Positions 26,827-38,650 of a stretch of 64,000 bases of DNA are shown in pieces. The translations under genes were made by a program, and so were the position numbers. The stretch comes from Macrostomum lignano (lineage: Eukaryota). Below the pieces are notes generated by a model that was given only the letters and a program-made list of their open reading frames with translations, searched no databases and was not told where the DNA came from. The stretch covers positions 372,001 to 436,000 of the forward strand of contig NIVC01000052.1 in NCBI GenBank assembly GCA_002269645.1, written 5' to 3'. Position 1 is the first letter of the stretch, and the number at the start of each line of letters is the position of its first letter.

Positions 26827-29800
26827 TCAGCCAATGTAAATTTCAGCTGCATTCTCCAGCTTGTACTCAGAGTTCTCATACTCTGTTGCCGCATCCTGAG
26901 GTCTCCCAGCAGCTGATCCTCCGCCTCGGCTCAACTGAAAGCGAAGTTTGCTGCGGATTATCCTTACGCGAATAGTACGAGGGCTGTCCCAAAAGTAGTG
27001 TTAGTTTTCATTACGTCTTTCATTCTGATGATCCAAATAAAACCATTTTGCACCATTTTATAATGGCAACTCTCTTCTTCATGTGTAAGATATATCGTGG
27101 TTTCAGGTCGGTATTTGTTTAAATGAAATTAATGAAATATTAATGAAATGGTTAACTTAATGCCGAACAAGTTTAGACCATAGACAAAGCCACAAAACAA
27201 AACAAGCTTAGGGTTATAGAGGACTGGACTCAACAATAAATTAAGTTTCAGTCGGGTGTAAAAGTGTCAGCGAGCAAAGTAGCGTAGGAGGCTTGTCTGT
27301 TAATCATTGATGATGACAGTTGCAGTCCTTGAACTTAAAGTTCACGGTAGTCTGGCCCGTCTATAGTCTATTGCTTATAGCCAAGGCCTCTCACTGGCAG
27401 CGTATTAAGAATTCTAAGAGCATCGGAGCCATAGACGAAAATGGAATTCAAACTGGATGGGGGTATGGGTTCCGGGATTTATTCGAAAACATCCCCTCCC
27501 TGAGCAACAATTAAATTACATCCATGATTTTTGGCGCAGCAAAATGAAGGAAAAAGCAATGAAGCTTAAGCCGAGTGGGAAATATTCTGCTGCTTTAAAA
27601 TTTTTATGGTTCTCAAAGTTTTTCCATAGATGTCTCTTTGTCAAAGCAGCCTAAAAAAGAAGTCTGAGTGGCATTCAATCAAAAGTACTTTAGCTACTTT
27701 CCACTAGCTTGTTGACCTGTGGTCGAGTTTGTGCTGCATTTTGTTCATAACTTTTGTTTCCATTGTTTTTAAAGCTGTTAAAGTTAATATGAAGAGAGTT
27801 GCCGCTATAAAATTGTGCAAAATGATGTTTTTTAGATCACTACTTTTGGCCTTGTAATAATTGATTAAACCTGCCCCAATTGGCAGATGTGCAACCGACA
27901 GCTCAGCCGCAGCTATTGCGCGGCGCATCTGAAGGCTGCGTACGGCTGTTCAGTCCAAGGACTGGAGGGTCGCCACAGACACTCTCAATTACCCCAGCTA
28001 ATGCTGGCGCCCATTTTACAGCTGGGTGAACTGCAGCACTGCAGAGTTAGGCGTTTTGCTCAAGAACACTAATTGTTTCTTGTTGGTTGAGAATCGAACC
28101 CCTGACCTTCAAGTCGTGAGTCCGACACTCTGACCTCTACAACCACCTTGTAGCCGACGCTTACGCGAAAAGCGAAACAGTGACAAAAATAAGCATCAAG
28201 TCTGCATCAAGCAGCCACTCACCATTTCAGTTTGCTCTGCAGTGCCTTGCATCTGTTGAGCAGGTGTCGCCTGACAACGGACACCTGTTAACTACAATTA
28301 TATAATAATCAAGTACTTTTCGTAAACATTTTCTATGTGATGCCAGGTGATTTCAGAGTTGGTAATTCACAAACAGATCTCACTCGGAACAAAGCGCAAA
28401 GGAGGCTGGATGCAGCAAAGCCGATCCCAAAGAAAGCAGCTGCACAGGCTGCGTGCCCTTTTGCGCCGAGTTCACTCAGCTTTCCTGGGCAGCTCAGTCG
28501 AGCTCTGGCGCTGTGGACTTGCCTGAACTCGATTCCTTCCGGGAGAGTCTGCACCGCACTGCAGGTGACCAGAGCACGGCCCAGCCTTTCATCAGTGTCC
28601 AGTTTCCATTGGCTGACTGAGCCATCCCTGCTCGAGCTCTGCTCGACCAGTGTCAGGCGAGTGAGATTTCCTATGAGCAATTCATCGGATTCAGCGCTGC
28701 ATCTGTGCTCAGGCAGCGGCTTAGAGACAGAGGATGAGAATATAACGATTATGTCAGACAGTCTCTGACAATTGTCGGACTTCAGCACTGAGATTAACAC
28801 GGTTGACGGCGGGTCTGTAAGATGGGGATCAGTGGACTAGCTTATCTATGCTCTGGTTTAGGAAAACCCACATAAAATATGTCCTTCAATAACAGATGAT
28901 TAATAACATTAACAGGAAAAATTTCACTTCTTCCAAAAGTTGTTATCTTCCTCATCCAAACTACGGTGACTTGCAAGTCTGAGTTGAGACAGGTGCAAAA
29001 CCTCATCAACTTATTTGAAGGTAAACCCTTCGTAATTTTCTAAATACCGGAATTTGCCATTTTACAATTTACATAATCCTTAAAAGTGATTTTGCTGTTC
29101 CTATAAAGAAATGCAAATGGTTCTGCAGAACCTCGAGCTCACACAGCACAGCTACTGTCGTGCGCATCTCCACAGAGCCCAGTCTGCAGGTGTAGCTTCC
29201 AGCGTGCTGAGGCTGCGCTCTGGGAACCCGCAGCTCCTGTGATGCAGTGCAGCTGCCGTTCGGAAAGCAGAGCTGCTGCTGCACATTGGATGGCGTGAAA
29301 GTCGGCTTGCCTCCACACATCTGAGTGCAGCTGACAATGAAGCTGGAGTTCTCAGCCAGAGCACCAGGTCCTGACAGCTCTGCAATGCAGATCAGTTTCA
29401 TTGGGTTCGCATAGATGATTCAAATCAGTTTTGTTGCTTCTACGGGTAACAGGTGCAAATTTTATTAAATAAATCGAATATTTTCCCTCACTCAGCTGCA
29501 CTGCTTGAAGCCTCAGGTCAGTAAAGCTCAAGAAGTCATGGTAACTCGAGCTGTTTGCTGCAGCAACGTTTTTACGGAGCAGCAGGTGCCTCATCTAGAA
29601 TTCATTTTATCACAGATCATCATTCAGATGTTAAAGTTTCAATGCAACAAAAGGCGTAGATAAAAATGATTATAATAACTTCTCACCTCTGCAACGCAGT
29701 TCACTGTGAAGTTCTCTCCAGCTATGATTTGTGAATTGTTGCTCTCCGTGACCCCACACAGTCTCCAGTGCTGCTGGGACTCTCTGAACTGGCTGCTCAT

Positions 29801-30363
29801 GCTCCTTGAGCTGCAATGATCCCCTGAGAACAGCTGACTGCTGCTGTCTGATGTCCAGATCTCAATGCCTCTGGCTCTTTCAAAGACCCACGATGCTTCA
29901 TCTGGAATGCGAGAGCACCGTGAGCAGAGACAGCAGACTTGGAGCCCGCATTTGAGTGAGCGACTCACCCTCTCTGCCCTTCACAGTCACAGATCTGATG
30001 AGCACTGGCTCATTCAGCTGCACTGAAAACCAGTGAAACCCGCCGTCTGCTGAGCTCTTGTCTTTGCTGTGGAAGAACCGGTAGCTAAAGGTTTTGTTTT
30101 TGAGCACGGATTCCTCATCAGTGTGGCTTCTGTTGTAAAAGCAAGTTTGGCCGTCATCAAAGGACGACTGCCAGGAGCTCATGACGCGGCTCTGGCGAAT
30201 CGGGAACTCACCTGCAGTGGTGAGCACAGGAAGTCAAGCACAAATTGGTAATTTGTTTTAGCATAGCATGAGATTCAGTAGCAAGCACAGACTTACAGTC
30301 TCCGTAGACTGTAGCGCTCACCGATGCCATCAGCAGCGACATCAAACGGAGCCAGGATCTCAT
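26827..30363 (-). CDS. Lectin-Ig receptor copy B (intact): SP, F-type-lectin-like, Ig, Ig-like, TM, YENS tail
   Basis: Exons 30363-30297, 30211-29969, 29901-29687, 29594-29492, 29379-29143, 28814-28384, 28284-28223, 26950-26827; all GT-AG, phase-compatible, no stops. SP MRSWLRLMSLLMASVSATVYG; Ig HAGSYTC; tail ...TEYENSEYKLENAAEIYIG*. Confidence 0.82.
27855..28147 (-). mobile_element. tRNA-derived SINE
   Basis: A/B-box-like head (GGTTGTAGAGG...GGTTCGATTCT) and a body with GAGCAA...TGTAAAATGGG; other copies at 35101, 35745, 42385, 52975. Confidence 0.8.
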
Positions 30364-31040
30364 TGACAAGTACTTTCTTCAAGATTTTATTCTCTTCTGA
30401 AGTGTCTTGTTGACGGCGACGTATTCGGGAAAAATTCGAAAAAGAACTTACGCTCGAGTTTAGCGATCTTTTGTTTAAAGTCTTTCGGACGGTCACGTGA
30501 TTCACAGCATATGCATTCCTAGCCCGCCCAGTTGATGTTACCGTCCGAATATAGCCAACTGCTGCCAAGAATACCCTGCAGCAATCTTAAACTCATTCAC
30601 CACTTGCAATTGCAACCAGTTTAACTGAGGTTAATAAGTGGTTGTTCCAGTCAGAAATCGGACAGCGCCTCCGTTCTAAACATTCACTAATTTGGATGCA
30701 TTCGGCGCAGCTTACTGAGGTTGACAAGTAAAAATAGACACAAATTTATTAACAAAAACCAAATTCACGGATGTCGAAGACTTTGCGCGACGAATCTGAC
30801 AGAATTCATGATTGAATTTTTTTGACGCTTTGATAAACAAAAACTTGAACGTGAAGATTATTTCAAAGTTTTCTTAAACACTAGACTAAATAGTAAAATA
30901 CCAATTGATTTAGCAGAAAAAAATCCATTATGAACGCAACATATTCATTATAAAGGAAGCTAATGCGCCACTCTTAAATGTTCACCAAAGAACTCCATGG
31001 GCCTGCAGCCTCCAGATGCTCGATATTTTCCATTTTATAT

Positions 31041-31309
31041 CTGGAATGCGAGAGCACCGTGAGCAGAGACAGCAGACTTGGAGCACGCATTTGAGTGAGT
31101 GACTCACCCTCTCTGCCCTTCACAGTCACAGATCTGATGAGCACTGGCTCATTCAGCTGCACTGCGAACCAGTGAAACCCGCCGTCTGCCTCGTGCTTGC
31201 CAGCGCTGTGGAAGAACCGGTAGTTGAGGGTTTTGTTTTTTATCATGAATTCCTCATCGCGGTGGCTTCTGTTGTAAAAGCAAGTCCGGCCGTCACCAAA
31301 GGACGACTG
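31041..31309 (-). pseudogene. Orphan lectin exon-2 fragment plus 67-nt intron (copy H)
   Basis: KNKTLNYRFFHSAGKHEADGGFHWFAVQLNEPVLIRSVTVKGRE; 5'-truncated; no exon 3. Confidence 0.85.
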
Positions 31310-31989
31310 TAGGAAGTGAAGCTATCTGAACTATCTGAGCTATCTGATCTGAAGCTATCAGATTAAAGACAGTAAAGACAATATATTTTAAGACCAAAAT
31401 TTTTAATCTACTATTTCAGATTTCATCGTTTTAGAATCTGAAGCTTCAAATACGCTATTAATTAAGTAAGGTAATAAATAGCTAGTCAATTTACCCGCAT
31501 GGCTAACCGATATTGTGAATACGAGCTTGAGCTGTCGGTTGCACATCTGGCCCAATTGCATGGCAGGTGCAATCAGTTATGAAACCCAAATATACTAAAT
31601 TTATTACTAAAGGTGGTATTGGAAGCATTAGGCTGAATGACACCTGTACACTAGCATTGAGAAACACTGCAAGAGGGCAAGCGACAATAATGACAAACTT
31701 ATAAATGTGCAACGCATGTGCTGGCGTCAAACATGCTTCAGAAGTTTAAAATTATTGATCAGATTTAGCACCACATCAAGTGAAAACGTGTTGCAAGCTG
31801 TGTACATAAATTCAGCTGAAGCCTACCCTGAATGTACACATTGTACATCTACATTTATATATTTACGAGTAGTAATGCAAGCGTTTGCAAATACTTTTTC
31901 GTTTTTTGGCTAGCACCCCTAGACTGAAAAGTGATGGGGCTGAGCTCCATCAGGGCCTGGCCTGGGCCTGGCAGTTGTCCTTTGAAATC

Positions 31990-34194
31990 ATCTTTGGTGA
32001 TTCTACGTGTTTCTATCCACAAAGCGTTTCGCATGAAGATGCACGAGTTTCAGCTGCCGGTTCTTCCACAGGGCTGGCAAGAGCTCAGCAGACGGTGGGT
32101 TTCACTGGTTCGCAGTGCTCAGATAGAGACAGTGCTCATCAGATCTGTGACTGTGAAGGGGGAGAGGATGAGTCGCTGTGCTCACGGTGCTCTCGCATTC
32201 CAGATGGGGCATGGCAAGTCTTTGAAAGTTCAATGCATCACTGCATCTCTGGAGACGGTGCGGGCTGACTGAGGGCGGCCCAAGCCTTTCCGCTGGTGAA
32301 AATTTCACAGTTGATTGCATGGCTGAGGTAAATACATTTCAAATTTAAACTGGCTGGATATATTTACCAGCAAACTCTACTATAATGGATAATAAATAAT
32401 CTTAGCGATCGTACTGAATCGTGATAGCTTCGACTTTAATACATCGTTTTTTACTTTTACTTTTTAACCATACTACTTAGGAAGTAGAATAAACAACCTG
32501 CTGCAGAGTTGTTAGAAAGTTGTTTTTCAAATAACAAATTCTCAGGTGAGGTATCTTCTTCTTAGAAGAATCATTACAAACGCGGACGTCTCGAGCTCTC
32601 TTGACTACATGAGTTACGCTGACCTCCGGCTTCAAAGGTTGCAGCTGAGTAAGTCACAACTGTGGTGATTGCAGCTGCTCAAATGTCAGAAATATCGTAC
32701 CTGGACCCGATTATACGTTTTAGGGATCTCAGAAGCTCAACTCGTTGCGGAGAACTCCAGCTTCACAGTGAATTGCTCATTGGGCTGCACAGGCCAGTCA
32801 GATGCTGGCTTAGCAGCTCTGATGCAGCTCTGCTTTCCGAGCGGCAGCTGCACTGCATCACAGGGGCTGCGGGTTCCCAGAGCGCAGCCTCGGCACGCTG
32901 GAAGCTACACCTGCAGACTGGACTCTGTGGAGATGCGCACTGCGGTCTCTGTGCTGTGTGAGTGCAGACTTGGCATGGGCTGGCAAGCATGTCTCATTGT
33001 CTCTTTCATTTTATTTCCGATAGATTCAAATTTCTATTTATTATTGATAAATATGACCATTTTTTTCAATTATAATATGGTCACTTAATGAATTTTACAG
33101 CATTATCCCCGCGTCAAGTGGTGATGAAGAGCTCCAGTTTCTCAGTCTGCACTGCAACGACTCAGATCTGTGCTCAAACTCAGCGGACTGCAGCTCTGCT
33201 TGCCGAACGGAAGCTGCACAGGCAGCCACAGGATGGCCGTTGCAGTGGCGCAGCCTCAGCACTCTGGAAACTACACCTGCAGGCTGGGCTCTGTGGCCAC
33301 TCGGACTTCGGTCACCGTGCTGTGTGAGACTTTTTGAGTTTCAAAGGCTGTGTTTGACTAAGTAGATCTCTTCAATGCCCTAAAAAGTTCTCTCTAACCC
33401 TGAAAAGTATCTACTCTACTCTCACCCAGTCTACATGAAAGAAGTTCCGCGGAGCTGCTCAAGTAAACCGACTGCTCTCTCAGCAGCAGTGATCTTCACT
33501 GCTGTGGGATTCGGGTCCGGCTTCATCGCCGCTACCAGCCTCCTCTGCGCGTTCTTTCGGGTGAGTTTCCTGAGATCCAGTGAGCTCATGAGCCACAGCT
33601 ACACATGGGCTTGGCTTCCAATTGCAGGTGTCAGCTCGGCAGAGCAGCTGCTTTCAGCAGGGGTTCGCCATCCAGGAGTCGAGAGGCGCTCAGCAAGTCG
33701 GCATGGCGAGTAGCTGGAGCCGAGGCCGAACATCGGCAGCTGGGAGACCTCCGGATGCGGCCACAGAGTATGAGAACTCTGAGTACAAGCTGGAGAATGC
33801 AGCTGGAGTTTACGTCAGCTAGACAGTTTTGCCTGTGAGAAACAGTGAACACATGCTTGACGTCAGCTGCTTTAGCAAGTTGTTGCAGATGTTGGAATTC
33901 AGCCAGTAAACTGCTTTGTTGCTGCAACATGCAACTCTCGAACAGGTCGTGGTCCGCCAAGTGAACCACCCGATGCAGCGTTCGCAGCCGCCCTTGTCGC
34001 GGTCGGCTTCTTTGTCCTTAGCTTCGTGGCTGCCACCATCCTTGTGTGCGGGGTTTTCCGAGTACGCCGATGAGCTCTCAGAGTTTGTTAGAATCGTTTC
34101 TGATTATGAAACCCCGCATCTTTATGCAACCTACGAACGAACGGTCTTGAAATTTGTGGAATCCGACAGTACAGGCTTCAGTTCCGACTTCTGA
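31990..34194 (+). pseudogene. Lectin-Ig receptor copy D (degenerate lectin exons, two Ig exons, two TM exons)
   Basis: Eroded exon 2/3 at ~32000-32330; Ig exons ~32720-32957 and ~33107-33322 (10-nt deletion); TM ~33450-33560; YENS tail 33628-33822; second TM-like exon ~33945-34060. Confidence 0.75.
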
Positions 34195-35100
34195 TTGAAT
34201 TCTTCATAGAAGTTTAAAATTTTATACATTACAATTTCAATATCTTTTCTATCTATTCTAGTAGTATTTCTGTTTCTATGAAAGCACTAATAGTTTGTAT
34301 AGTACTGCTTGCTGGCTTCCTGTTATGGCCTAAGTACGAGCAAATGGTCTTTTCTGTGTGGCTCTTGCTTATTTAATCCCGAAATTACGTCCTCGTATTC
34401 AGTTGAACACTTCAGTTTATTCACAAACTAATCAATAAACAGTCTTTATTCACTAAACTCAATGAAAACGAAGTTACTAAGGAATCGTGTAAATAAATAC
34501 ATCTTGAATATTAGTGAAGAAGCTCCGCAACATGGAAAACCGCCTCTGTAGAGCCAATTGACTCAGCTCACAACACTGCATATTGGTTAAATTGAAATCT
34601 CGGCTTGCGTCTGCTTGTGCAATATGAACGCCCCTGTCTGGAGTGTGTGCCTGTGTGAATGGATCCTTGTGCTTGTATGCCTGCTCAGGGGAGTCGGCAG
34701 AATTGGCAATATTGCCTCTCGCTGGTTGTGTGCCAATGTCGCTTAAAGTGCGCCAGGGTGCACACAACCCCCCTGCCTCTAAAAAAATAAAAACATGGTT
34801 GCTAATTTACTGGGTTGTGAAACTAAGATTTGAACTTGAAAACCATTTGCCGCAGCCAAAACTCCTAAAAGTCTCTGAATAAATGGAAACAAATTCAGGA
34901 GTAGCTAAATGGTAGAGTGTCACCTCAGAGAGGTTCCAAGATTCGCGATACCGATAAACTCAAACTGATCTTCCAGTCAAAAAAGCAATGAGAAGACTTC
35001 AACTGTCATACTTTGTCAGCGCAATGTCAGACAAATTTCAATATTTTCGCATATACCTGTGGCATTTCCGCTCAGGTTCCGCTTGATTATTCTATTTTGA

Positions 35101-35395
35101 AGGTTGTAGCCTAGTATTTAGAGCGTCGGACTCACAGGTTGAAGGTCGGGGGTTCGATTCTGCCACTTGGAACAATTTGTCCTTGAGCAAGACACTCAAC
35201 TCTGCAGTGCTGCAGTTCACCTAGCTGTAAAATGGGCGCCAGCATGAGCTGGGGTAATTGAGGGTGTGTGTGTGGCGACCCCCCAGTCCTTGGACTGAAC
35301 AGCCGTACGCAGCCTTCAGATGCGCCGCGTAATAGCTGCGGCTGAGCTGTCGGTTGCACATCTGCACATTATGGCAGGTGCAATAAATCAAATTA
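35101..35395 (+). mobile_element. tRNA-derived SINE (full length)
   Basis: GGTTGTAGCCTAGT...GGTTCGATTCT head, GAGCAAGACACT and TGTAAAATGGG body; same family as 27855-28147. Confidence 0.8.
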
Positions 35396-35561
35396 TGTGG
35401 CAACAAAATTTTGCCTTTAAACAGCTATTAAGGCCACACTAGTCACAACAGATGGTCTGAATATAGATTTAAACAGTGCCGTGAGTATGTGGAACTTGAA
35501 TATACGAGTAACAGAGATAACATGGTGCGTAAGCATTTCGTGTCAATCTCCTTTTACAGAC

Positions 35562-38294
35562 TCAGTCAATGTAAACCCCAGCTGCGTTCTCCAGCTTGTA
35601 CTCAGAGTTCTCATAATCTGTGGCCGCATCCTGAGGTCTCCCAGCTGCTGATGCTCCGGCGCGGCTCAACTGAAAGCGAATTTTGCTGCAGATGCTGCTT
35701 ACGCGAATAATAATAACAATAATAAAACATAATAATACTTAATACGCAGAAGGCTGCGTACGGCTGTTCACTCCAAGGACTGGGGGGGGGGGGTCGCCAC
35801 AAACACCCTCAATTGCCCCAGCTCATGCTGGCACCCATTTTACAGCTGCGCGAACTGCAGCACTGCAGAGTTAAGTGTCTTGCTCAAGGACCTTATAACT
35901 GCTAGGCTAAAACCCCCTTATAGCCTAAACAGTGAAAAAAAATATAGGCATCAATTCTGCATCAAGCAGCCGCTCACCATTTCAGTTCGCTCAGCACCTG
36001 GAATCTGCTGAGCAGGTTTGGCATGACAATGGACACCTGTCAACTGCAATTATATAATATTCAAGAAATTATTGTAAATAGCGATGCCAGATGATTACAG
36101 AGTTGGTAATTCACAAACAGATCTCACTCGGAACAAAGCGCAAAGGAGGCTGGATGCAGCAAAGCCGATCCCAAAGAAAGCAGCTGCACAGGCTGCGTGC
36201 CCTTTTGCGCCGAGTTCACTCAGCTTTCCTGGGCAGCTCAGTCGAGCTCTGGCGCTGTGGACTTGCCTGAACTCGATTCCTTCCGGGAGAGTCTGCACCG
36301 CACTGCAGGTGACCAGAGCACGGCTCAGCCTTTCATCAGTGTCCAGTTTCCATTGGCTGACTGAGCCATCCCTGCTCGAGCTCTGCTCGACCAGTGTCAG
36401 GCGAGTGAGATTTCTCACGAGCACTTCATCGGATTCAGCGCTGCATCTGTGCTTAGGCAGTGGCTTAGAGACAGAGGATGAGAATATAACAATCAAATCT
36501 GACAGTCTCTGACAATTGTCGGACTTCTGCACCGAGATAGACACGGATAACGGCGGGTCTGTAAGGTGGGGATCAGTGAAATGGCCTTATCCATGCTCTG
36601 GTTTAGGAAAACCCACATAAAATATGTCTAGTTAACTTATTTGAAGATAAACACTTCATTTATACAATAGATAGATACATATTCTGGATTCCGGTATTCA
36701 AAATTTTACAATTCACAAACTCCCAACAGTAATTTTAAACTGTTCCTATAAAGAAATGCAAATAATTTTATAAGCAATAGCATCGAAAAGTCGCCATCAC
36801 AGAGGATTCCGTTTGTGGTCGCCACTTTTGAGAGTGCAGGTAAAGTCTCTCAATCTTTGCGAGTGACGCAACTCAGCTTCGCCGCGGCAGACTTGAGTTG
36901 AGGAATGGAGTGGGGGGAGCGGTGTGCGAGGGTTGGGCGGATTAAAGCTACCCCGATCAGTTTTCTTGTATATCTTATATTTCAGAACAGTCCAAGAGAA
37001 ATTGCTCACAGGCGAATAGAATAGTGACTATTCAATGTTGCTGAGGATACATAACCTCGAACTCACACAGCACAGCGACTGTCGTGCGCTTCTCCACAGA
37101 GCCCAGTCTGCAGATGTAGCTTCCAGCGTGCTGAGGCTGCGCTCTGGGAACCCGCAGCTCCTGTGATGCAGTGCAGCTGCCGTTTGGAAAGCAGAGCTGC
37201 TGCTGCTGCACATTGGATGGCGTGAAGGTCGGCTTGCCTCCACACAGCTGAGTACAGCTGACAATGAAGCTGGAGTTCTCAGCCAGAGCACCAGGTCCTG
37301 ACAGCTCTGCAATGCAGATCAGTTTCATGGGGTTCGCATAGATGCTTCCTAGCAGTTTTGTTGCTTCTACGAGTAATGTAGGTGCAAAGTGTATTAAATA
37401 AATCGAATATTTTCCCTCACTCAGCTGCACTGTTTGAAGCCTCAGGTCAGTACAGCTCAAGAAGTCATGGTAACTCGAACTGTTTGCTGCAGCAATGTTT
37501 TTACGAAGCAGCAGGTGCCTCATCTGGAATTCGTTTTATTACAGATCATCATTCAGATGCTGAAGTTTCCATGCAACAAGAGGCGTAGATAAAAATGATT
37601 ATAATAACTTCTTACCTTTGCAACGCAGTTTACAGTAAAGATCTCCCCAGCTGCGATCTGTGAATTGTTGCTCTCTGTGACCCCACACAGTCTCCAGTGC
37701 TGCTGGGACTCTCTGAACTGGCTGCTCATGCTCCTTGAGCTGCAGTGATCTCCTGAGAACAGCTGACGGCTGCTGTCTGATGTCCAGATCTCAATGCCTC
37801 TGGCTCTTTCAAAGACCCACGATGCATGATCTGGAATGCGAGAGCACCGTGAGCAGAGACAGCAGACTTGGAGCACGCATTTGAGTGAGTGACTCACCCT
37901 CTCTGCCCTTCACAGTCACAGATCTGATGAGCAGTGGCTCATTCAGCTGCACTGCGAACCAGTGAAACCCGCCGTCCGCTGAGCTCTCATTCGCGCTGTG
38001 GAAGAACCGGTAGCTGCGGGTTTTGTTTTTAATTATAAACTCCTCATCAGTGTGGCTTCTGTTGAAAAAGCAATTCGGCCCGTCATCAAAGGACGACTGC
38101 CAGGTGCTCAGGACGCGGCTCCGTCGAACCGGGAACTCGCCTGCAATCCATGGATATTTCAAGATTGCTTTATGAATTTTGATTCAAGCTTCTTTGCAGT
38201 TCCTACTCACAGTGAACTCACAGTCTGTGCGAGGTTCGGCCCTCGCTGGTGATGCCAGGAGCAGCAGAAGTATCTGAGCGGGCAGCAGTGCCAT
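35562..38294 (-). CDS. Lectin-Ig receptor copy C (intact): SP, F-type-lectin-like, Ig, Ig-like, TM, YENS tail
   Basis: Exons 38294-38222, 38140-37898, 37830-37616, 37523-37421, 37306-37067, 36558-36128, 36036-35977, 35685-35562; GT-AG, phase-compatible. SP MALLPAQILLLLLASPARA; tail ...TDYENSEYKLENAAGVYID*. Confidence 0.82.
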
Positions 38295-38650
38295 CTTCAG
38301 TCCCACATTTTCACTTTAGGTAAATCATTCAACGGAGACAGTGGTGTGAAACAAACCATATTATACAGATACTTCCAACTTAACCGCTGTGGCTTAAGTA
38401 CTTAGATAGAAACTTCTGTTTTGGTGTCTACAATGTCAGATTAAAGACAGTAAATACAATCTGAGTGCGTAAATCTTTTGAATTTACACTGAAGCATAAC
38501 TTTAGCATTCATAAACAGCATAAATTGCGATAGATTTGTAACTAACTGTGGCAGTCAGCACCAACGAAGGTTTTAATGCTGAATTGTAGTGAATAACAAG
38601 AGATTAGTGTCCGATATCCAATAAGCCAAATTTCTTATTGCTGTCTCGAA

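Noticed and set aside
27440-27654. Short ORF (GVWVPGFIRKHPLPEQQ...) in a copy B intron
   Set aside because: Isolated, apparently frameshifted, absent from copy C, and no recognisable domain.
33790-33822. Canonical ITIM/ITAM in the YENS tail
   Set aside because: No Tyr has both the -2 and +3 residues required, and there is no YxxL-X6-8-YxxL.
35101-35165. tRNA gene
   Set aside because: tRNA-like head of a multi-copy SINE; no convincing cloverleaf.
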